Shown here in pieces: positions 9,466-17,094 of a stretch of DNA of 32,245 nt. The DNA is from Deltaproteobacteria bacterium. Lineage in GTDB: Bacteria > Myxococcota > JACRCW01. Where the stretch lies: contig JACRCW010000054.1 in NCBI GenBank assembly GCA_016218805.1, positions 1 to 32,245 of the forward strand. The letters run 5' to 3'. The notes beneath the pieces were generated by a model, which saw only the letters and a program-made list of their open reading frames with translations, did not search any database and was not told the DNA's origin. The position numbers and the translations under genes were made by a program. Numbering within the stretch: the stretch's first letter is position 1; every line of letters starts with the position of its first letter.

Positions 9466-10050
9466 TCACTTCGCGTTCTTGTCCACCCACGCGCGGAACG
9501 CCTCCTGCCACTTTGCCCAGCCCTTGCCCGCGCGCAGCTCCAGGAACTCGCGGAACGCGTCATCCAGTGCGTCCTGGACCTGGTCCAGCAGGCCCATCCG
9601 CGTCAGCAGCCGCGCCTCGTCCTCCATGCGCGTGCGGTCCTGCTCCTGCTCCGCTCCTGCCTTCTCGCCCATCTCAACGGCCACGCCGCTTTCCACGGGC
9701 TTGCCCGCGTCCTTGGGCAGCTTGCAGCCGTTGAGCGTGAGCGACTCCGCCCGCAGGTTCCCCGCCACCACCGTTCCGTTGAGGTCCACCTGCGCTTTGG
9801 CCGTGACAATGAGCGCCCCGCGCTGCAACGCCACAAACAACTCCCGTGACGTGGACGCGTGCTCGCCCTTGATCACCACCTCCGCGCCCGTTCCATCCGG
9901 CGCGCGCAGCTTGAACTGCTGGCCCAGCACCACGCGCACCGGCGCGCCGTCGTGGGTGCGCTCCTCGCCGGACTCACCCGCGTGCCACAGCCACGTGAGG
10001 TACTCCGCACCCACCTCGTCGCCACCGACGGGAATCTCAGAACGGGGCAT
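9466..10050 (-). CDS. Protein resembling the C-terminal half of RdgC
   Basis: ATG at 10050 with AAGGAG RBS, overlapping the upstream gene by 14 bp; GAEYLTWLW, VLGQQFKL and ELFVALQRGALI resemble the C-terminal half of RdgC. Confidence 0.65.
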   Translation of the reverse strand: MPRSEIPVGGDEVGAEYLTWLWHAGESGEERTHDGAPVRVVLGQQFKLRAPDGTGAEVVIKGEHASTSRELFVALQRGALIVTAKAQVDLNGTVVAGNLRAESLTLNGCKLPKDAGKPVESGVAVEMGEKAGAEQEQDRTRMEDEARLLTRMGLLDQVQDALDDAFREFLELRAGKGWAKWQEAFRAWVDKNAK

Positions 10051-10660
10051 CGTCGTCTCCTTCCTTGGCCGCGGCCACCTTCTTGGGCTCCGGCGCCGGG
10101 CGCGCCGCACCAAACCCCGCCCGGTGCATCAACCCATCCGGCGTGACCTCCTCCATGGAGATCTCAAAGGTCCGCTCAAACAGCTCGCAGCACGCCGTCG
10201 CGGACGCCTTGTTGGCGCCGAACAACCGCGCCTCCTGCCGCTCCGGGTTCCACACCAGCTCGGCCACCTTGCGGCGGATCGTCGCGCGCGCGCGCATCTC
10301 AGCCAGCACCACTTCCTTGAGGGCGCCGCGTTCGGAACGCGTGAGCCGCCGCCCGCGTTCGTACTGCAGCTCGCGCGTGCGCATCTTCAGCTCGTCCCGC
10401 ACGTCAGCGGCGCGCACCACGCGCTCATCCATGCGGAAGCCCAGGCAGACGTGCTCGCCCACAAACAGGTCCTCCTGCAGCAGCTTGTCCGCCAGCGGGT
10501 CCGTCATGGGCACCCACCCAAATGACACGGTCTCCACCTCCGTCGTCGGGGCGAACCGCCGGGCGTTGGCGGCACGCGCCGCCTTGGCCAGGAATCCCTT
10601 GTCAGGTTTTGCGCCGATGAAGAACCGTTTGAACGTGGCACTGCCGAATAGCGCGGGCAT
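10037..10660 (-). CDS. rdgC: Recombination-associated protein RdgC-like (N-terminal half)
   Basis: Start MPALFGSATFKRFF with GAGG RBS; SFGWVP, LGFRMDERVV and ERGRRLTRSERGALKEVVLAEM are RdgC-like blocks. Confidence 0.7.
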   Translation of the reverse strand: MPALFGSATFKRFFIGAKPDKGFLAKAARAANARRFAPTTEVETVSFGWVPMTDPLADKLLQEDLFVGEHVCLGFRMDERVVRAADVRDELKMRTRELQYERGRRLTRSERGALKEVVLAEMRARATIRRKVAELVWNPERQEARLFGANKASATACCELFERTFEISMEEVTPDGLMHRAGFGAARPAPEPKKVAAAKEGDDDAPF

Positions 10661-10751
10661 GGTGCACCTCTGTCCGGAAGGGGCCGGCCTCCTATCCGAA
10701 CCCGCCCACCGTTGCACGCCGGCACCGCGGCCGCCCACACTGCCCCGCGCC

Positions 10752-11390
10752 ATGCCAGACCGCCGCGACGTCCGCGCCCGCTATGACACGCTGAGCCGGT
10801 ACTACGACGTCATTGCGGGGTGGACCGAGCAGCCCGCGCGCGACCGCGGGCTGGCGCGGCTGGCGCCGGCCGCGGGGGAGCGCATCGTTGAGGTGGGCGT
10901 GGGCACAGGGCGCACGGCGGCGGCCCTGGCCCGCGCGGTGGGGCCGCTGGGGATGGTGGTGGCGGTGGATGTGTCCGCCGGGATGTTGCGCAGGACGGTG
11001 GCCCGCGGCGGCCCTTCCCTTCACGCGGCGCGCGCGTGCTGCGGGGACGCGGTGGCCCTGCCGCTGCGGGCGGGGGCCTTTGACGCGGCGTGCATGATCT
11101 TCACGCTGGAGCTCCTCCCGGACGGTGAGATGGCCCAGGCGGCGCACGAACTGGCGCGCGTGCTGCGCCCGGGCGGGCGGGCCTGCGTGGTGAGCCTGTC
11201 ATCGGCCGGGGCGGAGACCATGGCGCGGCGGTGGTACGTCCGCGGTCACCAGGCGTTCCCCGGTGCGCTGGATTGCCGCCCCATTGCGGTGAAACCCGTC
11301 CTGGAAAGCGCGGGATTCAGCAGTATTTCAGTGGATTCCATGCGGCTGTGGGGCCTGCCGGTTGACGTCGTCACGGGATGCCGGACGTGA
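10752..11390 (+). CDS. Class I SAM-dependent methyltransferase (UbiE/PmtA-like)
   Basis: Start re-set to MPDRRDVRARYD; VEVGVGTG motif I, VDVSAGML, GDAVALP, RVLRPGG. Confidence 0.85.
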   Translation: MPDRRDVRARYDTLSRYYDVIAGWTEQPARDRGLARLAPAAGERIVEVGVGTGRTAAALARAVGPLGMVVAVDVSAGMLRRTVARGGPSLHAARACCGDAVALPLRAGAFDAACMIFTLELLPDGEMAQAAHELARVLRPGGRACVVSLSSAGAETMARRWYVRGHQAFPGALDCRPIAVKPVLESAGFSSISVDSMRLWGLPVDVVTGCRT

Positions 11391-11391
11391 T

Positions 11392-11531
11392 CCTGGGAGG
11401 GCGAGGCTCCTGCCGAGCCCGCGTCCGGCGGTCACCGCTTCACGGCAGCGCGCACTCGCACCGGGCGTCACCCGGAGGGAGCCGCGCCGCGCGCCTGGCC
11501 CAGGGCTCGGCAGGAGCCTCGCCCTCCCAGG
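11392..11531. repeat. REPIN-like element: perfect 29-bp inverted repeats with an 82-bp spacer, between convergent genes
   Basis: CCTGGGAGGGCGAGGCTCCTGCCGAGCCC (11392-11420) is the exact reverse complement of 11503-11531. Confidence 0.85.
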
Positions 11532-11585
11532 TGCTCCTACGGCCGACTTTGTTCTCGGTGACGTCGTCGCGTGTGTTCCAGCTCC

Positions 11586-12944
11586 TCACGGGCCGATGGT
11601 CACCTGCCGCGGCGCCACTTCGTGTTCGCCAAAGCGGCACTTGCCGGTCTTCACGTGCTCCTCAAACTCGTGCCGGAACTTCTTGAAGTAGCTGATGGTG
11701 GGCATGGCCGCGGCGTCACCCAGCGCGCAGATGGTGTTGCCCATGATGTTGTTCGCCACCTCGTCAATAAGCGTGAGGTCCTGCTCACGCCCCTCGCCGT
11801 GCTCAATGCGCGTCAGCATCTTCGCCAGCCAGTGCGTGCCTTCCCGGCACGGCGTGCACTGCCCGCAGCTTTCGTGCGCGTAGAACTTCAAAAGCCGCGC
11901 AATCGCCCGCACCATGCACGTGCTCTCGTCCATGACAATGGCACACGCCGTCCCCAGCATGGTGCCCGCCTTCTTGATGGAATCAAAATCCAGCGGCGTG
12001 TCCAGCTGGTCCGGCAGCAGCAACGGGCAGGACGCGCCACCCGGGACAATGGCCTTGAGCTTCTTGCCGTCCCGGACGCCGCCCGCAAACTCCAGCAGCT
12101 CGCGCATGGTGGAGCCAAACGGCAGCTCATACACGCCCGGTTTGTTCACGTGGCCGCTGATGCCGTACAGCTTGGTCCCCGGCGCCCCATTCTTTCCCAG
12201 CGCCTTCCACTTCTCGGCGCCCATCTCCACAATCGGCACCACGTGCGTGAGCGTTTCCACGTTGTTTACAATGGTGGGGCACCCGAACACGCCAACGACG
12301 GCAGGAAACGGCGGCTTCAACCGCGGCTGGCCCTTCTTTCCCTCCAGCGACTCGATAAGGCCGGTTTCCTCGCCGCAGATGTACGCGCCCGCACCGCGGT
12401 GCACGTGGATATCCAGGTCAAAGCCGCTGCCCAGGATGTTCTTCCCCAGCAGCCCGGCGGCGCGCGCCTCGTCAATGGCGGCCTCCATGCGCTTCACTTG
12501 GAACAGGAACTCACCGCGCAGGTAGATGTAACAAACGTGCGCGTTGATGGCGTAGCTGGACAGCATGCACCCCTCAATGAACATGTGGGGGTCCAGCTCC
12601 ATGATGTAACGGTCCTTGAACGTGCCCGGTTCGCCCTCATCCCCGTTGACGACGAGGTAGCGCGGCTTGGGATTGTCCTTGGGAAGAAAGCCCCACTTCA
12701 CGCCGGTGGGAAACCCGGCGCCGCCCATGCCGCGCAGCCCGGCGGCCTTCACCGTGTCAATGAGTTCCTGGGGTTTGAGTCCCTGGCCCTTCACCGTCTT
12801 CTCCCACAGCTTGTAGCCGCCGGAGTCACGGTAGCTGGGCAGCGTGTGGCTGTTGGGCTTGCCCCAGTTGCGGCTGACCACGCGCACCGTCTTGACGGGC
12901 AACGCGGGTGCGGGGGCGGGAACGGTGGCGGTCTCAGTGACCAT
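11586..12944 (-). CDS. nuoF: NADH:quinone oxidoreductase subunit F (FMN/NADH-binding, 4Fe-4S)
   Basis: GLRGMGGAGFPTGVKW, NGDEGEPGTFKDR, GAGAYICGEETGL, ESCGQCTPCREG...TICALG. Confidence 0.95.
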   Translation of the reverse strand: MVTETATVPAPAPALPVKTVRVVSRNWGKPNSHTLPSYRDSGGYKLWEKTVKGQGLKPQELIDTVKAAGLRGMGGAGFPTGVKWGFLPKDNPKPRYLVVNGDEGEPGTFKDRYIMELDPHMFIEGCMLSSYAINAHVCYIYLRGEFLFQVKRMEAAIDEARAAGLLGKNILGSGFDLDIHVHRGAGAYICGEETGLIESLEGKKGQPRLKPPFPAVVGVFGCPTIVNNVETLTHVVPIVEMGAEKWKALGKNGAPGTKLYGISGHVNKPGVYELPFGSTMRELLEFAGGVRDGKKLKAIVPGGASCPLLLPDQLDTPLDFDSIKKAGTMLGTACAIVMDESTCMVRAIARLLKFYAHESCGQCTPCREGTHWLAKMLTRIEHGEGREQDLTLIDEVANNIMGNTICALGDAAAMPTISYFKKFRHEFEEHVKTGKCRFGEHEVAPRQVTIGP

Positions 12945-12974
12945 GGCGGTACCTCGTCGGAAATCTGCGGTTCG

Positions 12975-13478
12975 TCAGGGAAGATCGCGGAGGATCTTGA
13001 GGGCCTTCTCCACGGTGAGATGCTCGTGATAGTCGTCATTCACCTGCATGGCGGGGCCGCTGCCGCACGAGGCCAGGCATTCCACCTCAGCCAGCGTGTA
13101 GCGGCCGTCCTTGGACGTCTCCCCGGGCTTGATGCCCAGCGCCTGGGACAGCCCGTGGATGAGCTTGTCCGCGCCGGTGAGGTGACAGCTGATGTTGCCG
13201 CACAGCTGCACGTGGTACTTCCCGACGGGCACCTTGTTGTACATCGTGTACCAGGTGGCCACTTCGCGGACCCACGTCTCGGGGATGTCCAGTTCGCGCG
13301 CCACGGTGGCCATGGCGGCAGGGGACACGTACCCGAACTCGCGCTGGGCAACGTACAGCGCCGGCAGCGTGGCAGCGCGGCGGTCCGGGTACTTGGCAAC
13401 GTGGTGCTTGATCTCGTCCTTCGCCTTCGCGGAGAACTCAAGCGGCCCCTTGGGGTGTTCAGACTGGGCAAGCGACAT
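12975..13478 (-). CDS. nuoE: NADH:quinone oxidoreductase subunit E (2Fe-2S)
   Basis: Start re-set to MSLAQSEH; VATWYTMY, CGNISC...CLASC cysteine set; immediately upstream of nuoF. Confidence 0.92.
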   Translation of the reverse strand: MSLAQSEHPKGPLEFSAKAKDEIKHHVAKYPDRRAATLPALYVAQREFGYVSPAAMATVARELDIPETWVREVATWYTMYNKVPVGKYHVQLCGNISCHLTGADKLIHGLSQALGIKPGETSKDGRYTLAEVECLASCGSGPAMQVNDDYHEHLTVEKALKILRDLP

Positions 13479-13697
13479 GGTGCACCCTACGGACGGTGGT
13501 TCGTGACGACGTGACGACGCCGTCCGGCGTGGCGTGGCGACGTAGTGGCGACCGGCCGGGGTGTCAACGTGTGGGCGCCCTGTCCGGCCCCGCGGGGTTG
13601 TGCGGCGGGCGCGGCCGCCGGATAACCGGCAGCGCAACAAGCGTGGGCGTCATCGCGGGCCCCGGCCCGGGAGGCGCGCGCCGTCGACGGAGCATCC

Positions 13698-15080
13698 GTG
13701 TCCCAGCCGCTGCATTTCCTGGAGAGACTGGCGCGCGTGACGCCCGCGGAGGCGGCGCTGGCCAGTGAGCTGGCGCGTGATTCGGTGGCGGTGCGCGGCT
13801 TCCTGGTGAAGGCACGCGCCCGGGATCCGGCAGTGCCTGACGCGGAACGCTTTGCGCTGCCGCTGTCCGCCGCCGCCCAGCGCAGCCAGATGATTGTGAG
13901 CCGGGACGGGAACGCGGTGACGTGCCTGGGGCCGGGGATGGAGCACAAGGACGCCGCGGCGCTGCCGTGGGCGTGGGTGGACGCGTTTGCGCGGGAGCTG
14001 CGCGAGGCGGTGCACGCCACGGTGGTCCTGCAGCGCGAGGTGGCCGGCCAGGCGGGCGGCCACGTGCTGGACCGGCTGGTGCACGCTCCCGGATCCATCA
14101 CGCACGCGGACCACGCCACGCTGGAGGCGCTGGTGCCGTTGCTGGGCGGGCTGCTGACGGAGAGCGTGCTGATGGCGGCGGACCTGGTGCGGACGGAGAT
14201 TCCCGCGTGGGCTGCGGGCCGCCACGTGGATGACGCCACGCTCAGCGAGTGGTGGACGCGTTACCTGCGCGGGGCGCTGGCGATGTTCCTGGGCGGGGCG
14301 CGGGCGTTTCCGGCGCGCGCGGTGGTGCTGCACGCGGCCACGCCGGACGTGTACCTGTCCGCGCGGGCCTCCTGGTGGGCGGCACGGCGCGGCGCGGAGA
14401 CGCTGGACGTGCTGGAGGAGTTGGCCGCACAGCACGGGCTGTGGGGCGGGGAGCATGAGCTGTCCGTGGCGGTGGCGACGGAACAGCCGCTGCTGGCGGG
14501 GCGGGTGCGTAAGTTTGTCAAAACGCACCGGCACCAGGCCGGCGCGCAGTACCTGGAGTTGCTGCAGCGTGCGCTGGATGATCCGCGGGGCGCGCTGGAC
14601 CACGCGCTGTGGGCGGTGCTGCCGGTGCTGCCGGCGGTGCTGGTCCCCGCTGAAGCGGGCCCCGGGTCCCCGCTGTCCACCGAAGCGCTGGTGGAGACGC
14701 GCCGGGGGCTGGGCGCGGTGCCGGGTGAGGCGCCGCGCAAGGTGGCCGCGCGTATGCACCGGCGGCTGGGCCAGCTGGTGGATGAATGGATGGACGGTGA
14801 CGACGCCACGCGGCTGCGTCACTGGCGGCGCCTGGTGCGGTGGACGCCGCTGCGGTTCAACGCGTTCCCGCTGGGCACGCTGTTGTGTGCGCGCGCCCCG
14901 CGCGAGGCGTTTCTTCCTGACGTCACGCCCACGCGGGACTGGGACGCGGACACGGGGCGCGCCTACCTGGGCACCGTGCTGCGCGGGCTGGCCCGCCCGG
15001 CGGCCCCCCGCCCGGGACCCAATGCACCCTGCCCGTGCGGCAGTGGTAAGAAATACAAAAAGTGCCACGGGCGCGCGTGA
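13698..15080 (+). CDS. Hypothetical protein with a C-terminal SEC-C zinc-binding motif
   Basis: 460 aa from a GTG start; ends PGPNAPCPCGSGKKYKKCHG; N-terminal part not recognised. Confidence 0.8.
   Translation: MSQPLHFLERLARVTPAEAALASELARDSVAVRGFLVKARARDPAVPDAERFALPLSAAAQRSQMIVSRDGNAVTCLGPGMEHKDAAALPWAWVDAFARELREAVHATVVLQREVAGQAGGHVLDRLVHAPGSITHADHATLEALVPLLGGLLTESVLMAADLVRTEIPAWAAGRHVDDATLSEWWTRYLRGALAMFLGGARAFPARAVVLHAATPDVYLSARASWWAARRGAETLDVLEELAAQHGLWGGEHELSVAVATEQPLLAGRVRKFVKTHRHQAGAQYLELLQRALDDPRGALDHALWAVLPVLPAVLVPAEAGPGSPLSTEALVETRRGLGAVPGEAPRKVAARMHRRLGQLVDEWMDGDDATRLRHWRRLVRWTPLRFNAFPLGTLLCARAPREAFLPDVTPTRDWDADTGRAYLGTVLRGLARPAAPRPGPNAPCPCGSGKKYKKCHGRA
15033..15080 (+). repeat. 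48-bp direct repeat, left copy (3' end of the SEC-C gene)
   Basis: CCGTGCGGCAGTGGTAAGAAATACAAAAAGTGCCACGGGCGCGCGTGA; 47/48 identical to 17002-17049. Confidence 0.95.
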
Positions 15081-15228
15081 CCAGGGCCGTGCCAGGAGCC
15101 GCTGGTGGCGCGGAACTCGCGGTGACGCGTGGACGGTCAGGGTCAGGACGTCCGCTTTGCGCGTCAGGAAGCTGGAATCCGACGCCCGGGTGGCCTACAT
15201 CCAACGATGGACGGCCTCCGAGGACTCC

Positions 15229-16296
15229 ATGGCCCTGATCGAACAGCTCGACATCGCCGGCTATCGCCTGTTCGACCAGTTGCGGGTCAGCGGCCTGACC
15301 CGAGTGAACCTGGTTGTCGGGAGGAACAACGCCGGCAAGACGGCGCTCCTCGAGGCCGTGGAGGCGCTCGTCTCGGAGGGGTCGCCCTTCGCGTTTTATC
15401 GGGCGTCGCTGGAGCGCGGCGAGACACGCCGCGGCGTGCTCAAGCAGGACTCCGAGGCAATCGCGATCGATGTGCGCCGCTGGTTCCGAAACCACCTCCT
15501 GAAGCCGGGCGCCCACATCCGGATTGCGTCGGGCGGCTCGCTGCCGCGCGTTCTCGAGTGCAAGGTCCTCGAGGTTTCTTCCGACCAGGGCCCACCCTTT
15601 GTTCCCGGGGGCTTTCGTCTCGACACCAAGCGGGAGCCGCGCGACCGGGCCTCCGAACTACAACTGCCCGTCCAACCGAACGGTCTCCTCGGTGCCCCTC
15701 CAGTGACGATGTTTCTTGATTTCGGACCCACGCTCCCGAGGCCGGTCAGTTTTGTGACGACGCGGCGCCAGACTGTGACGGAGCTTCTTCCCCTGTGGTC
15801 GCGCGTTGTGCTGACGCCCCAGGAGACGGACGTCGCCGTCGCGCTCCGTGCGATCGACCCGGCGATCGAGCGCGTGGCGCTGTCGGGGCTCGGCGACGAA
15901 GCGGTCGGTTCCGTGCTCCTCCATGGCGCGGTCGAGCCGGTCCCGCTGGGCAGCCTCGGCGAAGGCACCACGCGCATGCTCGCCATCGCGCTGAGCCTCG
16001 CCACCGCGAAGGGAGGCTTCCTCCTGGTGGACGAGATCGACACCGGCCTCCACCACACGGTCATGGCGGACATGTGGCGACTGGTCATTGAGACGGCGAA
16101 GCGTCTCGACGTGCAGGTGTTTGCGACCACGCACAGCCTCGATTGCGTCAATGCCCTGGGCTGGCTCGTGGAGACGAACGTGGCGCTCGGCGCGGAGGTT
16201 TCGCTCCACCGGATTGAGCGTGGCCGCGACCGGACCACGCCTTACACCGCCGCGGAGATTGCCGCCGCTGCCCGTCACCACAGCGAGCTGCGCTGA
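15229..16296 (+). CDS. ABC-type/AAA_15-AAA_21 family ATPase (OLD/AriA-like)
   Basis: Start re-set to MALIEQLDIAGYRLF (GAGG RBS); Walker A GRNNAGKT, signature-like LGEGTTRML, Walker B LLVDEIDTGLH, H-loop FATTHS. Confidence 0.9.
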   Translation: MALIEQLDIAGYRLFDQLRVSGLTRVNLVVGRNNAGKTALLEAVEALVSEGSPFAFYRASLERGETRRGVLKQDSEAIAIDVRRWFRNHLLKPGAHIRIASGGSLPRVLECKVLEVSSDQGPPFVPGGFRLDTKREPRDRASELQLPVQPNGLLGAPPVTMFLDFGPTLPRPVSFVTTRRQTVTELLPLWSRVVLTPQETDVAVALRAIDPAIERVALSGLGDEAVGSVLLHGAVEPVPLGSLGEGTTRMLAIALSLATAKGGFLLVDEIDTGLHHTVMADMWRLVIETAKRLDVQVFATTHSLDCVNALGWLVETNVALGAEVSLHRIERGRDRTTPYTAAEIAAAARHHSELR

Positions 16297-16961
16297 TGGG
16301 CCGTCCGGCCAGGTCCAGCCCGCACCGCCTCCTCGTCGAGGGACAGGACGACCTCTTCGCGATCGCGCACCTGATCCGCGCCCGCTTCGCTGCGGCGCAA
16401 TCCGCGATTGACCTCGACGCACCTTCGCCGAACGCGCCGTGGATTGAACAGCACGACGGCCTCGAAAACCTGCTCAAGGCGGGCAACATCGAGTCGGCGG
16501 CCAAGACGTATCTGCGACTCGGGATTGTCGTCGACGCCGATCAGGTGCCGGCAGCTCATTGGAGGGCCGTGGTGGGGCGACTCGCGACGGTCGGAGTGAC
16601 GGTCCCGGCGTCGCCCGCAACGGGAGGCGTTATCGTCCCGGGCTATCAGGAGGGGTGGCGGGTCGGCGTCTGGCTCATGCCGGACAACGCGCGCCCCGGT
16701 GCCCTTGAGGACTTCCTCCTGCCGCTCATGCCCGGGGAGGACGCGCTGTGGCCCGAAGCGGTCAGGGCCACTGACGCGGCCGTGCAGGTTGAACGCCGCT
16801 TCGGCGTCAACGACGACCTCAAGGCGCGCCTGCGGTGCTGGCTGGCCTGGCAGGCGGAGCCCGGCGCGAACCTCGGCGTGGCCGTATCCAGGGGCGTGCT
16901 CGACCCGCTCAGCCCAGCGGCCGATCCCTTCGCGCGGTGGGTCGAAGCCCTGTTCGCGTGA
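16296..16961 (+). CDS. DUF3226-like TOPRIM-fold protein, putative nuclease partner of the ATPase
   Basis: TGATG overlap with the ATPase; LLVEGQDD, GIVVDAD and VWLMPDN..GALEDFL motifs. Confidence 0.8.
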   Translation: MGRPARSSPHRLLVEGQDDLFAIAHLIRARFAAAQSAIDLDAPSPNAPWIEQHDGLENLLKAGNIESAAKTYLRLGIVVDADQVPAAHWRAVVGRLATVGVTVPASPATGGVIVPGYQEGWRVGVWLMPDNARPGALEDFLLPLMPGEDALWPEAVRATDAAVQVERRFGVNDDLKARLRCWLAWQAEPGANLGVAVSRGVLDPLSPAADPFARWVEALFA

Positions 16962-17001
16962 CGCGTGCGCCGCGCAGCCCCTCACGCCCACGCGACTGCG
17001 A

Positions 17002-17049
17002 CCGTGCGGCAGTGGTAAGAAATACAAAAAGTGCCACGGGTGCGCGTGA
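17002..17049 (+). repeat. 48-bp direct repeat, right copy (non-coding relic of the SEC-C 3' end)
   Basis: One C>T mismatch versus 15033-15080; preceded by TCACGCCCACGCG, which also occurs at 14923-14935. Confidence 0.95.
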
Positions 17050-17094
17050 ATCCCGGCGCGGGAACCCGGCGCCGCCTCCGGTGTCCCACCCGGC

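Noticed and set aside
13500..13553. Short GTGACGAC/GTGGCGAC direct repeats upstream of nuoE
   Set aside because: They could be regulator sites but are short, GC-rich and irregularly spaced, so not distinguishable from chance
14230..15228. N-terminal extension making the ATPase 688 aa
   Set aside because: It overlaps the SEC-C gene in another frame with Arg/Trp/Cys-rich junk composition; the RBS and family N-terminus point to 15229
16699..17049. 116-aa ORF ending in PCGSGKKYKKCHG as a second SEC-C gene
   Set aside because: It overlaps the DUF3226-like gene out of frame and lacks the first Cys of the motif; better explained as a duplicated tail
15081..17049. Calling the cassette an autonomous mobile element or a canonical PARIS system
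   Set aside because: No recombinase is encoded, and the effector looks DUF3226-like rather than DUF4435/AriB, so only an analogy is claimed
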